From contig NC_042998.1 of assembly GCF_006345805.1 (NCBI RefSeq), positions 187,302,001 to 187,366,000 of the forward strand: 64,000 bases of DNA, given 5' to 3'. How positions within the stretch are numbered: the stretch's first letter is position 1; each line of letters opens with the position of its first letter. This document shows positions 40,933 to 51,267 of the stretch, piece by piece. The notes below the pieces were generated by a model. That model ran no database searches and had not been told where the DNA came from. It saw nothing but the letters and a program-made list of their open reading frames with translations. The position numbers were made by a program, and so were the translations under genes. The stretch is from Octopus sinensis (Eukaryota).

Positions 40933-42711
40933 TGCAAGGCATTCAAAAAGTATCCAACTTTATTTTTTCTTGCCAAAACTAATGCCACATAGGGAAAATC
41001 CTTTAGGTGGTAGGTGATGCCACCCTTCCTGTTCATGTGTGAAAATTTTTGCACCAGTAGGCCATGTTAGTTCCCAGCCATTACACCTGGAGTACAGATG
41101 TGTAGTGAGCGCTTGTCGGATTTTTTGTTTTCACCAAATGCACTGAGCAGAGGTATTGCATCAAGTTTTGCAAAAAGCTTGATGATACACTTGCTCAAAT
41201 CATTCAGAAGATTCGGTAGGCCTTTGGCAATGGTGCCAAACCTCAAATCAAGGAGTGGTACAACTGCTTACCTCAGGGGAGACATGGCCAAACCCCCAGT
41301 GGAGACATAGCCAAACCTCAGTGGAGACATGGCCAAACCCCAGTGGAGACATGGCCAAACCTCAGTGGAGACATGGCCAAACATCAGTGGAGACATGGCC
41401 AAACCTCAGTGGAGACATGGCCAAACCTCAGTGGAGACATGGCCAAACCCCAGTGGAGACATGGCCAAACCTCAGTGGAGACATGGCCAAACATCAGTGG
41501 AGACATGGCCAAACCTCAGTGGAGACATGGCCAAACCTCAGTGGAGACATGGCCAAACCTCAGTGGAGACATGGCCAAACCTCAGTGGAAACATGGCCAA
41601 ACCTCAGTGGAGACATGGCCAAACCTCAGTGAAGACATGGCCAAACCTCAGTGGAGACATGGCCAAACCTCAGTGGAGACATGGCCAAACCTCAGTGGAG
41701 ACATGGCCAAACCTCAGTGGAGACATGGCCAAACCTCAGTGGAGACATGGCCAAACCTCAGTGGAGACATGGCCAAACCTCAGTGGAGACATGGCCAAAC
41801 CTCAGTGGAGACATGGCCAAACCTCAGTGGAGACATGGCCAAACCTCAGTGGAGACATGGCCAAACCTCAGTGGAGACATGGCCAAACCTCAGTGGAGAC
41901 ATGGCCAAACCCCAGTGGAGACATGGCCAAACCCCAGTGGAGACATGGCCAAACCCCAGTGGAGACATGGCCAAACCCCAGTGGAGACATGGCCAAACCT
42001 CAGTGGAGACATGGCCAAACCTCAGTGGAGACATGGCCAAACCTCAGTGGAGACATGGCCAAACCTCAGTGGAGACATGGCCAAACCTCAGTGGAGACAT
42101 GGCCAAACCTCAGTGGAGACATGGCCAAACCTCAGTGGAGACATTGCCACATCTCTGTAGAGAGCAAGGCACACTCAAGCAGGTCATCTACAAGCCAAAT
42201 CGAGGAGCTGATTGAGAAGGTTTAGCAAATAATGATAAAAGACCATTGTGTAACAATCCAGGAAATTGTTCATGAAGTGGGAATAAGCTTAGGATCAGTG
42301 CACTCCATTTTAACGGAAGATTTGTGCATGTAGAGAGTGTTAGCAAAATTCGTCCCCATGTGCTGGCAGAACAGCAGAAGCAGTTCTGCATAGAAATTGC
42401 TCAGGACATCCTGGACTATGCTAACCATGACCCAGACTTCATGAAGACTATCATCACTGGTGATGAAACATGAGTTATGGCTTCTGCTTGATGTGTTTGG
42501 TCATCTTGTGTGAAATCAAAAATCTGACGTGCTTGCACTGCACATCTGTATTGTAAGGGCAACAGCCAAGGAACTGGCACCACCTACCAGCCTGAAAATT
42601 TTCATGCATGCACAGGAAGAGAGGCGTTGTCTCCCACCCAAATGATTTTGCCCATGCGGCATTAGTTTTGGTGGGAAAATATAAAGTTGGATACTTTTTG
42701 AATGCACCTTG
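40933..42711 (+). mobile_element. Fold-back mariner derivative (5' half of transposase + inverted 5' end)
   Basis: TA-flanked ends sharing gcattcaaaaagtatccaacttta; decayed transposase EQRYCIKFC...EWYN...SVES..SR.ST...AKFVP...IITGDET; 42480-42711 is a diverged reverse complement of 40933-41152. Confidence 0.88.
41271..42144. repeat. 22-bp tandem array (ctcagtggagacatggccaaac), about 40 copies
   Basis: Directly visible, near-identical units, no spacers. Confidence 0.98.
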
Positions 42712-43383
42712 TAAACGCTTAAATTTGCCGTTAAACAAGATAAATTCATGTGATAGGCAAGCATTGAAAGGAAAAAAAATTTTTTCACAGTTATGTGAAG
42801 CAAGGATTTTTGAATCTCTAAAATATATACAAATTTCTAGTCATGAATTCTAAATGGAAGATGAACACTAATGTGTAAGAGTAAATGAATGCATAAATCA
42901 AATTAAAGGCCAGCTAAAACTGATTTTTTTTTTCTTTCTTTTTTGTTAATTAGAATTTTCAATTGAGGAAAGTTGACAGTTTTTATTTATTTTTTTTTTT
43001 TTGTTAGATCTTTATGGCAATAATCATAATACCCTTTGAACTTTGGAAATACAAATTTGCACTAGGCAACACTAGATTGAAGTGTCTATCAAGAATTGAT
43101 TGCCATTTTATCTTTGAGTGAGATTAATTAGACGTAAAATAATAATGTTATAAGAAATGTGTTAAATATTGCATGACTCTTGGCTACTGTAACAAATTAC
43201 TTCTGAAACTAACAAACTTAATTCCTTCACTATTATTTACCCTCATCCCATTTTTTTTTTTTTTTTTTTTTTTTGTTAGAATTCAAAATTCTTTTCAAAG
43301 TATATATTTTAAATTTTATATATCCTTTGTTTTTAATTTCACTTTTTATTAATTTCTTTCCCCTTCTTTTTCTGGCACTGTAG

Positions 43384-43437
43384 GAACAGGTGACAAACAG
43401 TCCGGATTTAGCATCCGGTATCCAGCCATATATCCAT
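43384..43437 (+). CDS. CERT1: Candidate alternative (cassette) CERT1 exon, 18 aa EQVTNSPDLASGIQPYIH
   Basis: Long pyrimidine tract (tttctttccccttctttttct) + ctgtag acceptor, CAT|gtacgt donor, 54 nt with no stop. Phase 0/0 matches flanking exons; CpG-containing, non-repeat sequence; ACTAAC/CTAAC motifs nearby. No homology support seen. Confidence 0.62.
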
Positions 43438-43964
43438 GTACGTCAACCCTTCTTCCATCTCCATCAGCTTAGAAACTAACATGCTTATGCTTTGTTTCAA
43501 AATATTGCTGTCATTGATATTGCTTGGGATGCTTATCATTGAAATACCACTGCATTGCTGTCTAACATTTTAACACTGTTCTGTTAAGTTCTGTCTCACA
43601 AAAAAAATTGTTGTAAAGTGCAAATGTATTATAATTTATCTCTGCAAGTTCATTTATTTTATTTATTTTTTTTTTTACTACAATTGGCAGATAATTCTCT
43701 TTTTCATAGTTATTAGATTTCCCTCTCTTGAGTCTATTTCATCTCTTCCAGTGTTTAATAAGTTAGTTAATTAAAGGCAAATTCTTTTATAGTAACTGCA
43801 AAATATATTGTGCAATTGCTATAAAACAAACTTATTTTCAATATATTGCTTGGTTTCTTACTATCAAAACCCTTGAATACAATTTTGTGTTTTACTCGTG
43901 CCATACCCCCTAATAAGTTGCACAGTATAATTCCTGAAAAACAAAACATGAACCTTTAGACGCA

Positions 43965-44240
43965 AGAGTAACTTGCTTACCAACCACATGGTTCCGGGTT
44001 CAGTCCCATTGCATGGCACCTTGGGCAAATGACTTTTGCTATAACCTCATGCCAACCAAACCTTTGGTAGATGGAAACTGAAAGAAGCCTGTCGTGTGTG
44101 TGTCTGTGTTTGTCCCCCCCCACCATCGCATGACAACTGATGTTGGTGTGTTTATGTCCCTGTCACTTAGCGGTTTGGCAAAAGAGATCGATAAAATAAG
44201 TACTAGGCTTACAAAGAATAACTCCTGGGGTTGATTTGTT
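43965..44240 (+). mobile_element. Family B SINE, partial
   Basis: ccaaccacatggttccgggttcagtccc...ggcaccttgggcaa...gaaactgaaagaagcctgtcgt. Confidence 0.85.
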
Positions 44241-45321
44241 TATAGTCTTCACAATCTGGGGATCTCATCGCCTTATAACTTTCCAATAGCAGTAAGATTT
44301 AAAAGAATAAAAGAACTATGTTCAACAATAATCCTTATATTAAGTTAGATACACTTCTTCAAATTTTAAAGAAGGCAAACATATTCTAAATTTTGTGTAA
44401 TCTACAATATAACAAAAATTATTTGTTTGTATCTATTTTTTTTTTTTTATTAAATTAAACTATTGAACTTGTAGCATAGATTATGAATTCATATCACAAA
44501 TCCTCGTCAACTGCACAACTTATATACTTATATACTCTTCTGCACATAACACAACTTTTCATTCTTTATAATTAATATTTTATCTCCTACTAATACCTAT
44601 ACTCTCACTCAGCATTCATTTCTTTCATCAACGAAGATTTTCTTTAAAGTCTTCACAGTCTGGGAATCCCATTGTCTTATGACTTTTTCAGTAACAGTAA
44701 GATTTAAAATGTTACTTATTTCCACCTGAAATCCCATTTCTCACAGTAAGCCAATCAGAAGATTACTCTTACTGCACCTACTAGGGCTCATTGTCTCCAT
44801 TTGGTTTTTTCTGGAAGCTTCACACTTTTCATAATTCCAAAATTACATCAGGGATATATATAATTGCTTTACATTTTCATAATTAAGAAATACTTAAATC
44901 CTTAGTATCCATGGGTTTTTTACATGACTCAAATTATCCTCACCAAGAATCTTTTTCTCATATTTGGGCTGACACACCACCTCCAGTTTGAATTATTTTA
45001 CATTATTCCTAAGTCTGTCTTTTATTGTTGTATTGGGTTCTGTTTTCAAATTTTTTATATATATTCTACCCCTGTCTAATGTGCAGTTCTTCATTTCAGT
45101 GATCTCTACCTTGTGAAAATCCCCTACTAATATACAATATAAATACAATGACTAACTTCCATTACTTCACTCCCCATTTTAACTGTAGCATGTCAGCAGG
45201 CTCTGAGCATTGCCTCATCTTTGGATATACTCATATAAAAGTTAGCATCAATTAAAATAAAGGGGTGTCTGGTGTGATATTTTCTTGATGTGAGTCACGT
45301 TTGTATTTTCTTATTAAAATA

Positions 45322-45452
45322 AGATGATTGGCATATCCCTGTTGGATATGGCAGGTGATTGGCATATCCCTGTTGGATATTCCAGATGATTGGCATATTG
45401 CTGTTGGATATGCCAGATGATTGGCATATCCCTATTTAATATGCCAATCATC
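45322..45452. repeat. 31-bp hairpin tandem repeat, 4 copies
   Basis: agatgatt-ggcatatcc-ctgtt-ggatatgcc units; last unit extends into aatcatc. Confidence 0.93.
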
Positions 45453-45479
45453 AAGTTTAGGAGGAGTATGTTTTCGAGG

Positions 45480-45950
45480 TCTCTGCTCAAAGAGTCAGTG
45501 TGAGTTTGGTATGTGGTGTCTAGACTGAGTGGATAATGTATGGTTGGAGAATGTTAAAGAGGAATAAAAGGTAGTGTCATCTATGTAAGCATAGGTGTTG
45601 TTGGATATAGTGGGTATATAAGTTACTGACGTATAAAAGAAAGAGAATGAGGGATAAAACTGAACCTTGTGGCACTGATGTTAATAAATTGAGGGATAGT
45701 AAGAGCTCTGTAGTTTCCTATCAGATCATATTGCTGTATGATCTGATAGAAAACTACCAATACAAGAAAGGAGAGATAAGAGGAGCCCATAGGCAGGCAG
45801 CTTTGATAAGGGATTCACATGCCAAACATGGTCAGAAGTTTTGCTAATGCCAAGGGCAGCAAATTGCTTTTACCTAATTGCTCCAAGGCAAGACCCCATC
45901 GATGGGTAACAGAGAAGAATGGGTCACAAGATGATCTGGCTTTTTGGAAA
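45480..45950 (-). mobile_element. Non-LTR reverse transcriptase fragment (Jockey/L2/CR1-like)
   Basis: ALGISKTSDHVWH...SKLPAYG, SVPQGSVLS and YAYIDDTT (YADD-like) motifs. Confidence 0.8.
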
Positions 45951-45974
45951 TGATAAAATAGTATTATCAAAATC

Positions 45975-46365
45975 ATCATCATTATCATCATCGTTTAACA
46001 TCCGTTTTTCCATGCTAGCATGGGTTGGATGGTTCGATCGGGGTCTGGGAAGCCAGGAGGCTGCACCAGGCTTCAGTCTGATCTGGTAGTGTTTCTACAG
46101 CTGGATACCCTTCCTAATGCCAACCACTCCATGAGTGTAGTGGGTGCTTTTTACGTGCCACCGGCACAGGGGCCGGAGGGGGCTGGCAATGGCCACGATT
46201 GGTTGGTGCTTTTTACGTTCCACCAGCATGGAAGCCAGCCAAGGTGGCGCTGGCATTGGCCACGTTTGGATGGTGCTTTTTACGTGCCACCGGCAAGGGT
46301 ATCACAGCTATAATTTCCATTTGATTTTTATTTTGATGTTGATGTACTTGACTCAATAGGTCTCC
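45975..46365 (-). mobile_element. Long family C copy
   Basis: (CAT)n tail at 45975-45992, three gtgctttttacgt repeats; similar to 21905-22210. Confidence 0.88.
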
Positions 46366-46366
46366 G

Positions 46367-46445
46367 GTTGGATATGCCAGATGATTGGCGTATTCCTGTT
46401 GGATATTCCAGATGATTGGCATATCCCTCTTGGATATGCCAGATG
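46367..46445. repeat. Second cluster of the 31-bp hairpin repeat, about 2.5 copies
   Basis: Same unit and orientation as 45322-45452. Confidence 0.9.
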
Positions 46446-49382
46446 TGTGCTTGAGCACAGCAGGTCGCCCCATGATCCAAGGTAAGCACAGCAGGCCGTC
46501 CTGCGGTCCAAGGTACTTTGAATGGGCTGGGGCTGGTTGTGTGAAGCTGGTGTGAACATAAATTGAAACAGACACTTCTATTCTTGAAATACTGTAGTTG
46601 TAGTGAACCACCACTATATTCTTGTATGGCAATTTTTTTGTGTCCACTGTCTCTTACAATACATGTGTTTCTGTTGAAAGAATGAAAGGATTGAAACTAG
46701 TCTTATAAAAGTATTTACATTCTGCATTGTCTTTTATATCTTTCCGTACCAGATGACCTTTCATTGGCTGGATTTATAGCAAGCATATATTTGCTGCTTA
46801 CACTGGTAAAGTTCAAAGGTTACTTTGGAATTTGCCTTTTGCTGTTTTTCAATGTATTTTAGACAACAATTATAATAAATTTGGCGAAACACTTCTACAC
46901 ACAATAATACCAACAAGAAAAGTCAGTATATTATTCGAAAAATTTCATAACCCACAACAATTAGTGGTGTGTCTTATATGAATACATACTACGCACATAT
47001 GAATACAGAGAATTTTTGAATTTATGCAAATAAGTTACCTATGGTAAAAATCACATACTGCAAAACTCTGTTTTCAGTATGAAAGACAATAATTTTAGAT
47101 GTGTTATTGTGGGATGGACAGAATAGTCTGAGGAGAACTCAATATGCATCTTCAACTGTAACTGACTTGGTGACAGAGAGCAGAAGTTGTATTGAAGATT
47201 TTGTTGGCAGCAAATTTATATTATTGGTTATTATTGAAATTAGTCACCATATAGTGTCAGCACTAGAGACAAAAATGTTGTAAAAGAAAGTGGACACAAA
47301 AGAATTGTCATACAGCTGGTAATTACTCCTTAGTTGGGTGCCAAGTGCTTTGATAAGTCTTTCAAACTGTGCTTACTAGCAAAAGAATGGTTGAATAAGG
47401 GAAGGGCATAAAAGATAGCACCAGCAAAATGGTCAGCTGCAGGCTTCTCTGATTTATATACTTTCTGCCTTCAGTTCTCTATTGAGAATCTTCTTTCAGT
47501 ATTAGGTCCTTTGTTGGTTCAGTGTTGACCATGCATCTGCATGGACTAGAGGCAGGATATTTTGAGAAAGACTTGACTAGCAGTTACTCATACATGTGAG
47601 TCTCCCTTCTTTATGCCACCAATGTTTATCCAATGGAAATGCTGCCAGCTTGGGCTCAAGCATCTTTGCATCAGTTTTGTTGCAGATATTACTCTCAGAA
47701 CACAGAGGGCTGAAATCGGTACTACGTGGCATCTTGCCCAAGTCTCTAGCAATTTCACCAATCCACTGACCTGGATTGACACTACTTTATTGACCCTTAG
47801 TGTTCTGAAAGGATGAAAGACAAAGTAAAGACAAAGGAATGTATCATGTATGGAGTCACTTGTACAGCAGCCTAACATTAAAAAAATAAAACCCAAAAGG
47901 GGGAGAGAGAGAGAAAGAGAGAGATTGAGGACATAAACTAACAACAGTTGTCAAGTGGTGGTGGGAGACAAACACACATAAACATGATGGGCTTCCAGAT
48001 GGTTTCTGCCTTTTGAATTCACTCACAAGACATTGGTTGGCTCAGGATTATAGAAGAAGACACTTGCCAAAAATGCTGCACAATGAGTCTGAGCCCAAGA
48101 CCACATGATTTGCAAAGTGAGCTTCTCAAGCATACAACTGTGCCTGTACCCACTAGAAATATTCTAAAGTCACTTAAGAAATGGTCAGAGAAAGAAAATT
48201 TATTATTCTTTATATTAGTAAAAGCAAGCTTTTTTAAAACCAATTTTTTTTAAAGAAAATCTTGACCAGTCTGACTTAAATATGTCAGTGTTGTCCTTCA
48301 AAATTTTAATTTGTGAAAACATTCTCCAGTTTGTTAAACTTATTTCTTCTGTAAGTAATTCTAAGCTGTAATCTCATCATTCAGCTAATCCTTTTCATAG
48401 TCTGCTCATAGCAGCCTTTGATATACATTTATCATATACATCTCCAATAGGATTGTATTACTGAACTAAAACACCACAAATGTTGCTTAATGCCTCACTT
48501 ATAAAAGTTATCTAATCCATTTAGATTTGGAATCTGAGTGGTTCTGTATCCTTTCCTTGCTGTCACATATTCATCCAGTCCTTTAGTTTAAATCTTTTAA
48601 GCCAAAACATTTATGGGCATACTGATGTAATAACTTCAAGTAGCTGAATGTGTGATGTAGAAACTTTTAATCCAAGTAGTCAGTGATACTTTGTGTGTAT
48701 GTGTGTTATTTATGACACTTTCCAACCTTCATTGTTTAGCCCACAAACACATTAATTTTTATTTCTTATAGTTGCTCTGATGATCTGTGTTCTGTTCAGT
48801 CTGCTATCATTATCTTAACTCAAGTTGAAACTGTATTTCACATTTCTTTTGATTCTTTCTCAACCTCTCTCATATACTAAACAATGTGAAGTCTTTTTCA
48901 CCTACAACATTTCAGTTTGTTTCCCTTTTTATTAGATGATTATATTTTCACCAATTAACCTGTTTCAATGCTGTTAATATTAACAAATGTCACTAAACCT
49001 TCCCACTTAAGACTTGGGTAGCTCAAAATCTATCTCATCATTGCTGCCCTTAAAATTGTTGAAGTAGATCTAGGCATAATGGAGATTGTTATTAATGATG
49101 ATGCAACACATTAATTTACGAAGATTTAAGATATTTGCAAAAAGTCTTAAATTGTCTTTAATGTATTATATTAAAGTGCCACAAACCTGTTGATAGGGGC
49201 ATTGTTTAATAATTGTTTTGCTTATATTGTAATAACTTTGAATGATGATATTTACTTGTAGTTATTCACATCTATTTTTTTTCTCCTGGAGTAAAGTTTG
49301 GTACAAACAAGAAAATTAATTGTAATTTTGAAATCCTGTTGATACATCATCGAATTCAACTGATTTTTTGCTTTTCTCCCAG

Positions 49383-49490
49383 CAGGCTGAATCTGGCTAT
49401 GGAAGTGAGAATAGCTTAAAAAGACATGGTTCTCTGCTCTCTCTAACGTCGGGTACAAGTTTATCAACAGCATCAGCCTCCTCTTTCAAG
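49383..49490 (+). CDS. CERT1: CERT1 coding exon, serine-repeat motif (SRM)
   Basis: ttttctcccag/cag tandem acceptor, AAG|gtaaga donor. (Q)[35 protein letters not shown] matches the CERT ESGYGSESSLRRHGS...SSFK phospho-regulatory motif. Confidence 0.96.
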
Positions 49491-49779
49491 GTAAGAATGT
49501 TTTAATTTCTTTTTATTTTTAACTCTGGTTAAAATAAAAAGTTACTTTTAGAATCATTTCAATCTAGGCATTTTTTTTTTGCTGTGTGTATTCATTCCAT
49601 ATGTTAATGTTTTTAAATTTTGGTTAGTTTTTAAAATAATTCTTCTAACAATGTTGTAATATTGCTAATAATCATGGCTCTTTAAAAATAGTTATTTCTC
49701 AAAAAAAAAAGTACCTGTCAGTTATAAATTTACGAAATTTAAAAAAAATTTTCTAATTTTTTTGTTTTTTGTTTCTTAG

Positions 49780-49912
49780 CGTGGTAGAGGTCTTCGAGAA
49801 AAATTGGCTGAAATGGAAACATTTCGAGATATTCTTTGCCGCCAGGTGGATACATTACAGAGTTATTTTGATAGCTGTGCTTCTGCGGTGGCTGAAGGAA
49901 CTGTACATGATT
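49780..49912 (+). CDS. CERT1: CERT1 coding exon, middle coiled-coil region
   Basis: tttcttag acceptor, T|gtaagt donor, 133 nt, phase 0/1. [44 protein letters not shown] contains the conserved CERT [27 protein letters not shown] segment. Confidence 0.97.
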
Positions 49913-50049
49913 GTAAGTAGCAAAATGCAATACAAGCAGAACTTTGTAACATTTTGAGTGCATGTGTAAATGTATGTTGTGTCAGTGATTATAATAGATT
50001 CCCAAATAAATTTATATGCATAGTTTTGTGACTGTATTTTCATATATCA

Positions 50050-50930
50050 AAACTTTTATGTTTATTGGCATGGAGTGGATGAGAAGTTTCAACAGTGTTT
50101 TTTTTGACTTGTCACATCATCATCTTTATGTGGCTCAGCATTCAGAGATCAGCCCTGACCCCTTCTGCTCACATCTTCATTAGTTTTCCGCAGGTTCTTT
50201 TTGTAGCATCATACTTTGTGCACAAGAATCAAACAAAACTATTTGAGTTTTTCAAAGAATTTACATGGGTGCTTCATCTGGTTCACCTGTCACATATGAA
50301 GTTCCCTTGTCATTAGCCTAGCTTTGATTCTGCTATGCCCATTTTGTGGTTGTAAACCATGTTCGGTACCCAGTTTGGAATACCTATTTCTTTATTACCC
50401 ACAAGGGGCTAAACACAGAGGGGACAAACAAGGACAGACATAGGTATTAAGTCGATTACATCGACCCCAGTGCGTAACTGGTACTTAATTTATCGACCCC
50501 GAAAGGATGAAAGGCAAAGTCAACCTCGGCGGAATTTGAACTCACAACGTAACGCAGACGAAATACCGCTAAGCATTTCGCCCGGCTTGCTAACGTTTCT
50601 GCCAGCTCGCCGCCTTTTGGAATACCTACCTACTCCTTTTCTGTGTAGTGAGTTTGGCTATCTCTCTTGATGGTTGCAGAACCTTGTCTCCTTCCCTGCT
50701 AACTAGAACATTTGTCTTTATTGTGTTTACAGTGAATCCTCTCAGCTCTAGACTTTGCTTCCACTTTTGAAATTTCTTCCCCAATTCTTCAACAGATTCA
50801 CCTATGAGAATTAGGTGAACACCATATAGCAGTCTTAGAGGGAGCTGATCTTAAATTCCCCTATTAAGGGCCAAAGAACTATAATAAGCAGGTGGGAGTC
50901 TGAGAACTGTATCCTGATGTACACTTACCC
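50050..50930 (-). mobile_element. Decayed RTE RT fragment interrupted by a SINE
   Basis: ELPL.LLYGGSPNS..ESVEELGKKFQKWKQSLEL.G.TVN..KT-like segment at 50700-50850; YLGT-like motif near 50370. Confidence 0.6.
50387..50615 (-). mobile_element. tRNA-derived SINE, family A, with 13-bp TSD
   Basis: tttggaataccta at 50374-50386 and 50616-50628; CpG-rich full copy. Confidence 0.93.
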
Positions 50931-51132
50931 ATGTGCTAAATTTATTACTGAATTTATTTCTAACTTTTGATAATGGTATCCCTACCTGGCTTACACTGGT
51001 CTTGCAAGCTCTTTATCTACACTAAATTTTCACAGTGACCTATAAACTGTACACGTACAAACATGTTTGTGTGTATGCATATGTTTATATCCATGACATT
51101 TTTCTGATGATGTTTTACATGCTCTGTTTCAG

Positions 51133-51237
51133 TGACTGAACATGATGACGACATCGATGATATCGATGATTATGATACACCAACATCGGGTTCATCACAT
51201 CCCTCAAAGATAGGTGGTCTAAAAGGACGGGATCTCG
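51133..51237 (+). CDS. CERT1: CERT1 coding exon, acidic linker
   Basis: tgtttcag acceptor, G|gtaagt donor, 105 nt, phase 1/1 continuing the previous exon. (L)TEHDDDIDDIDDYDTPTSGSSHPSKIGGLKGRDL is positionally equivalent to the vertebrate EDDEDDFPT acidic stretch. Confidence 0.88.
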
Positions 51238-51267
51238 GTAAGTTTATTATTATCAATTTTATATATA

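Noticed and set aside
41271-42144. CRISPR array, or a real 290-298 aa repeat protein gene
   Set aside because: Units are contiguous with no unique spacers and no cas genes; the ORFs simply result from a stop-free 22-bp unit inside a dead transposase.
45322-45452. CRISPR-like palindromic repeats
   Set aside because: Linkers are constant 8-nt sequences, not variable spacers; eukaryotic intronic context.
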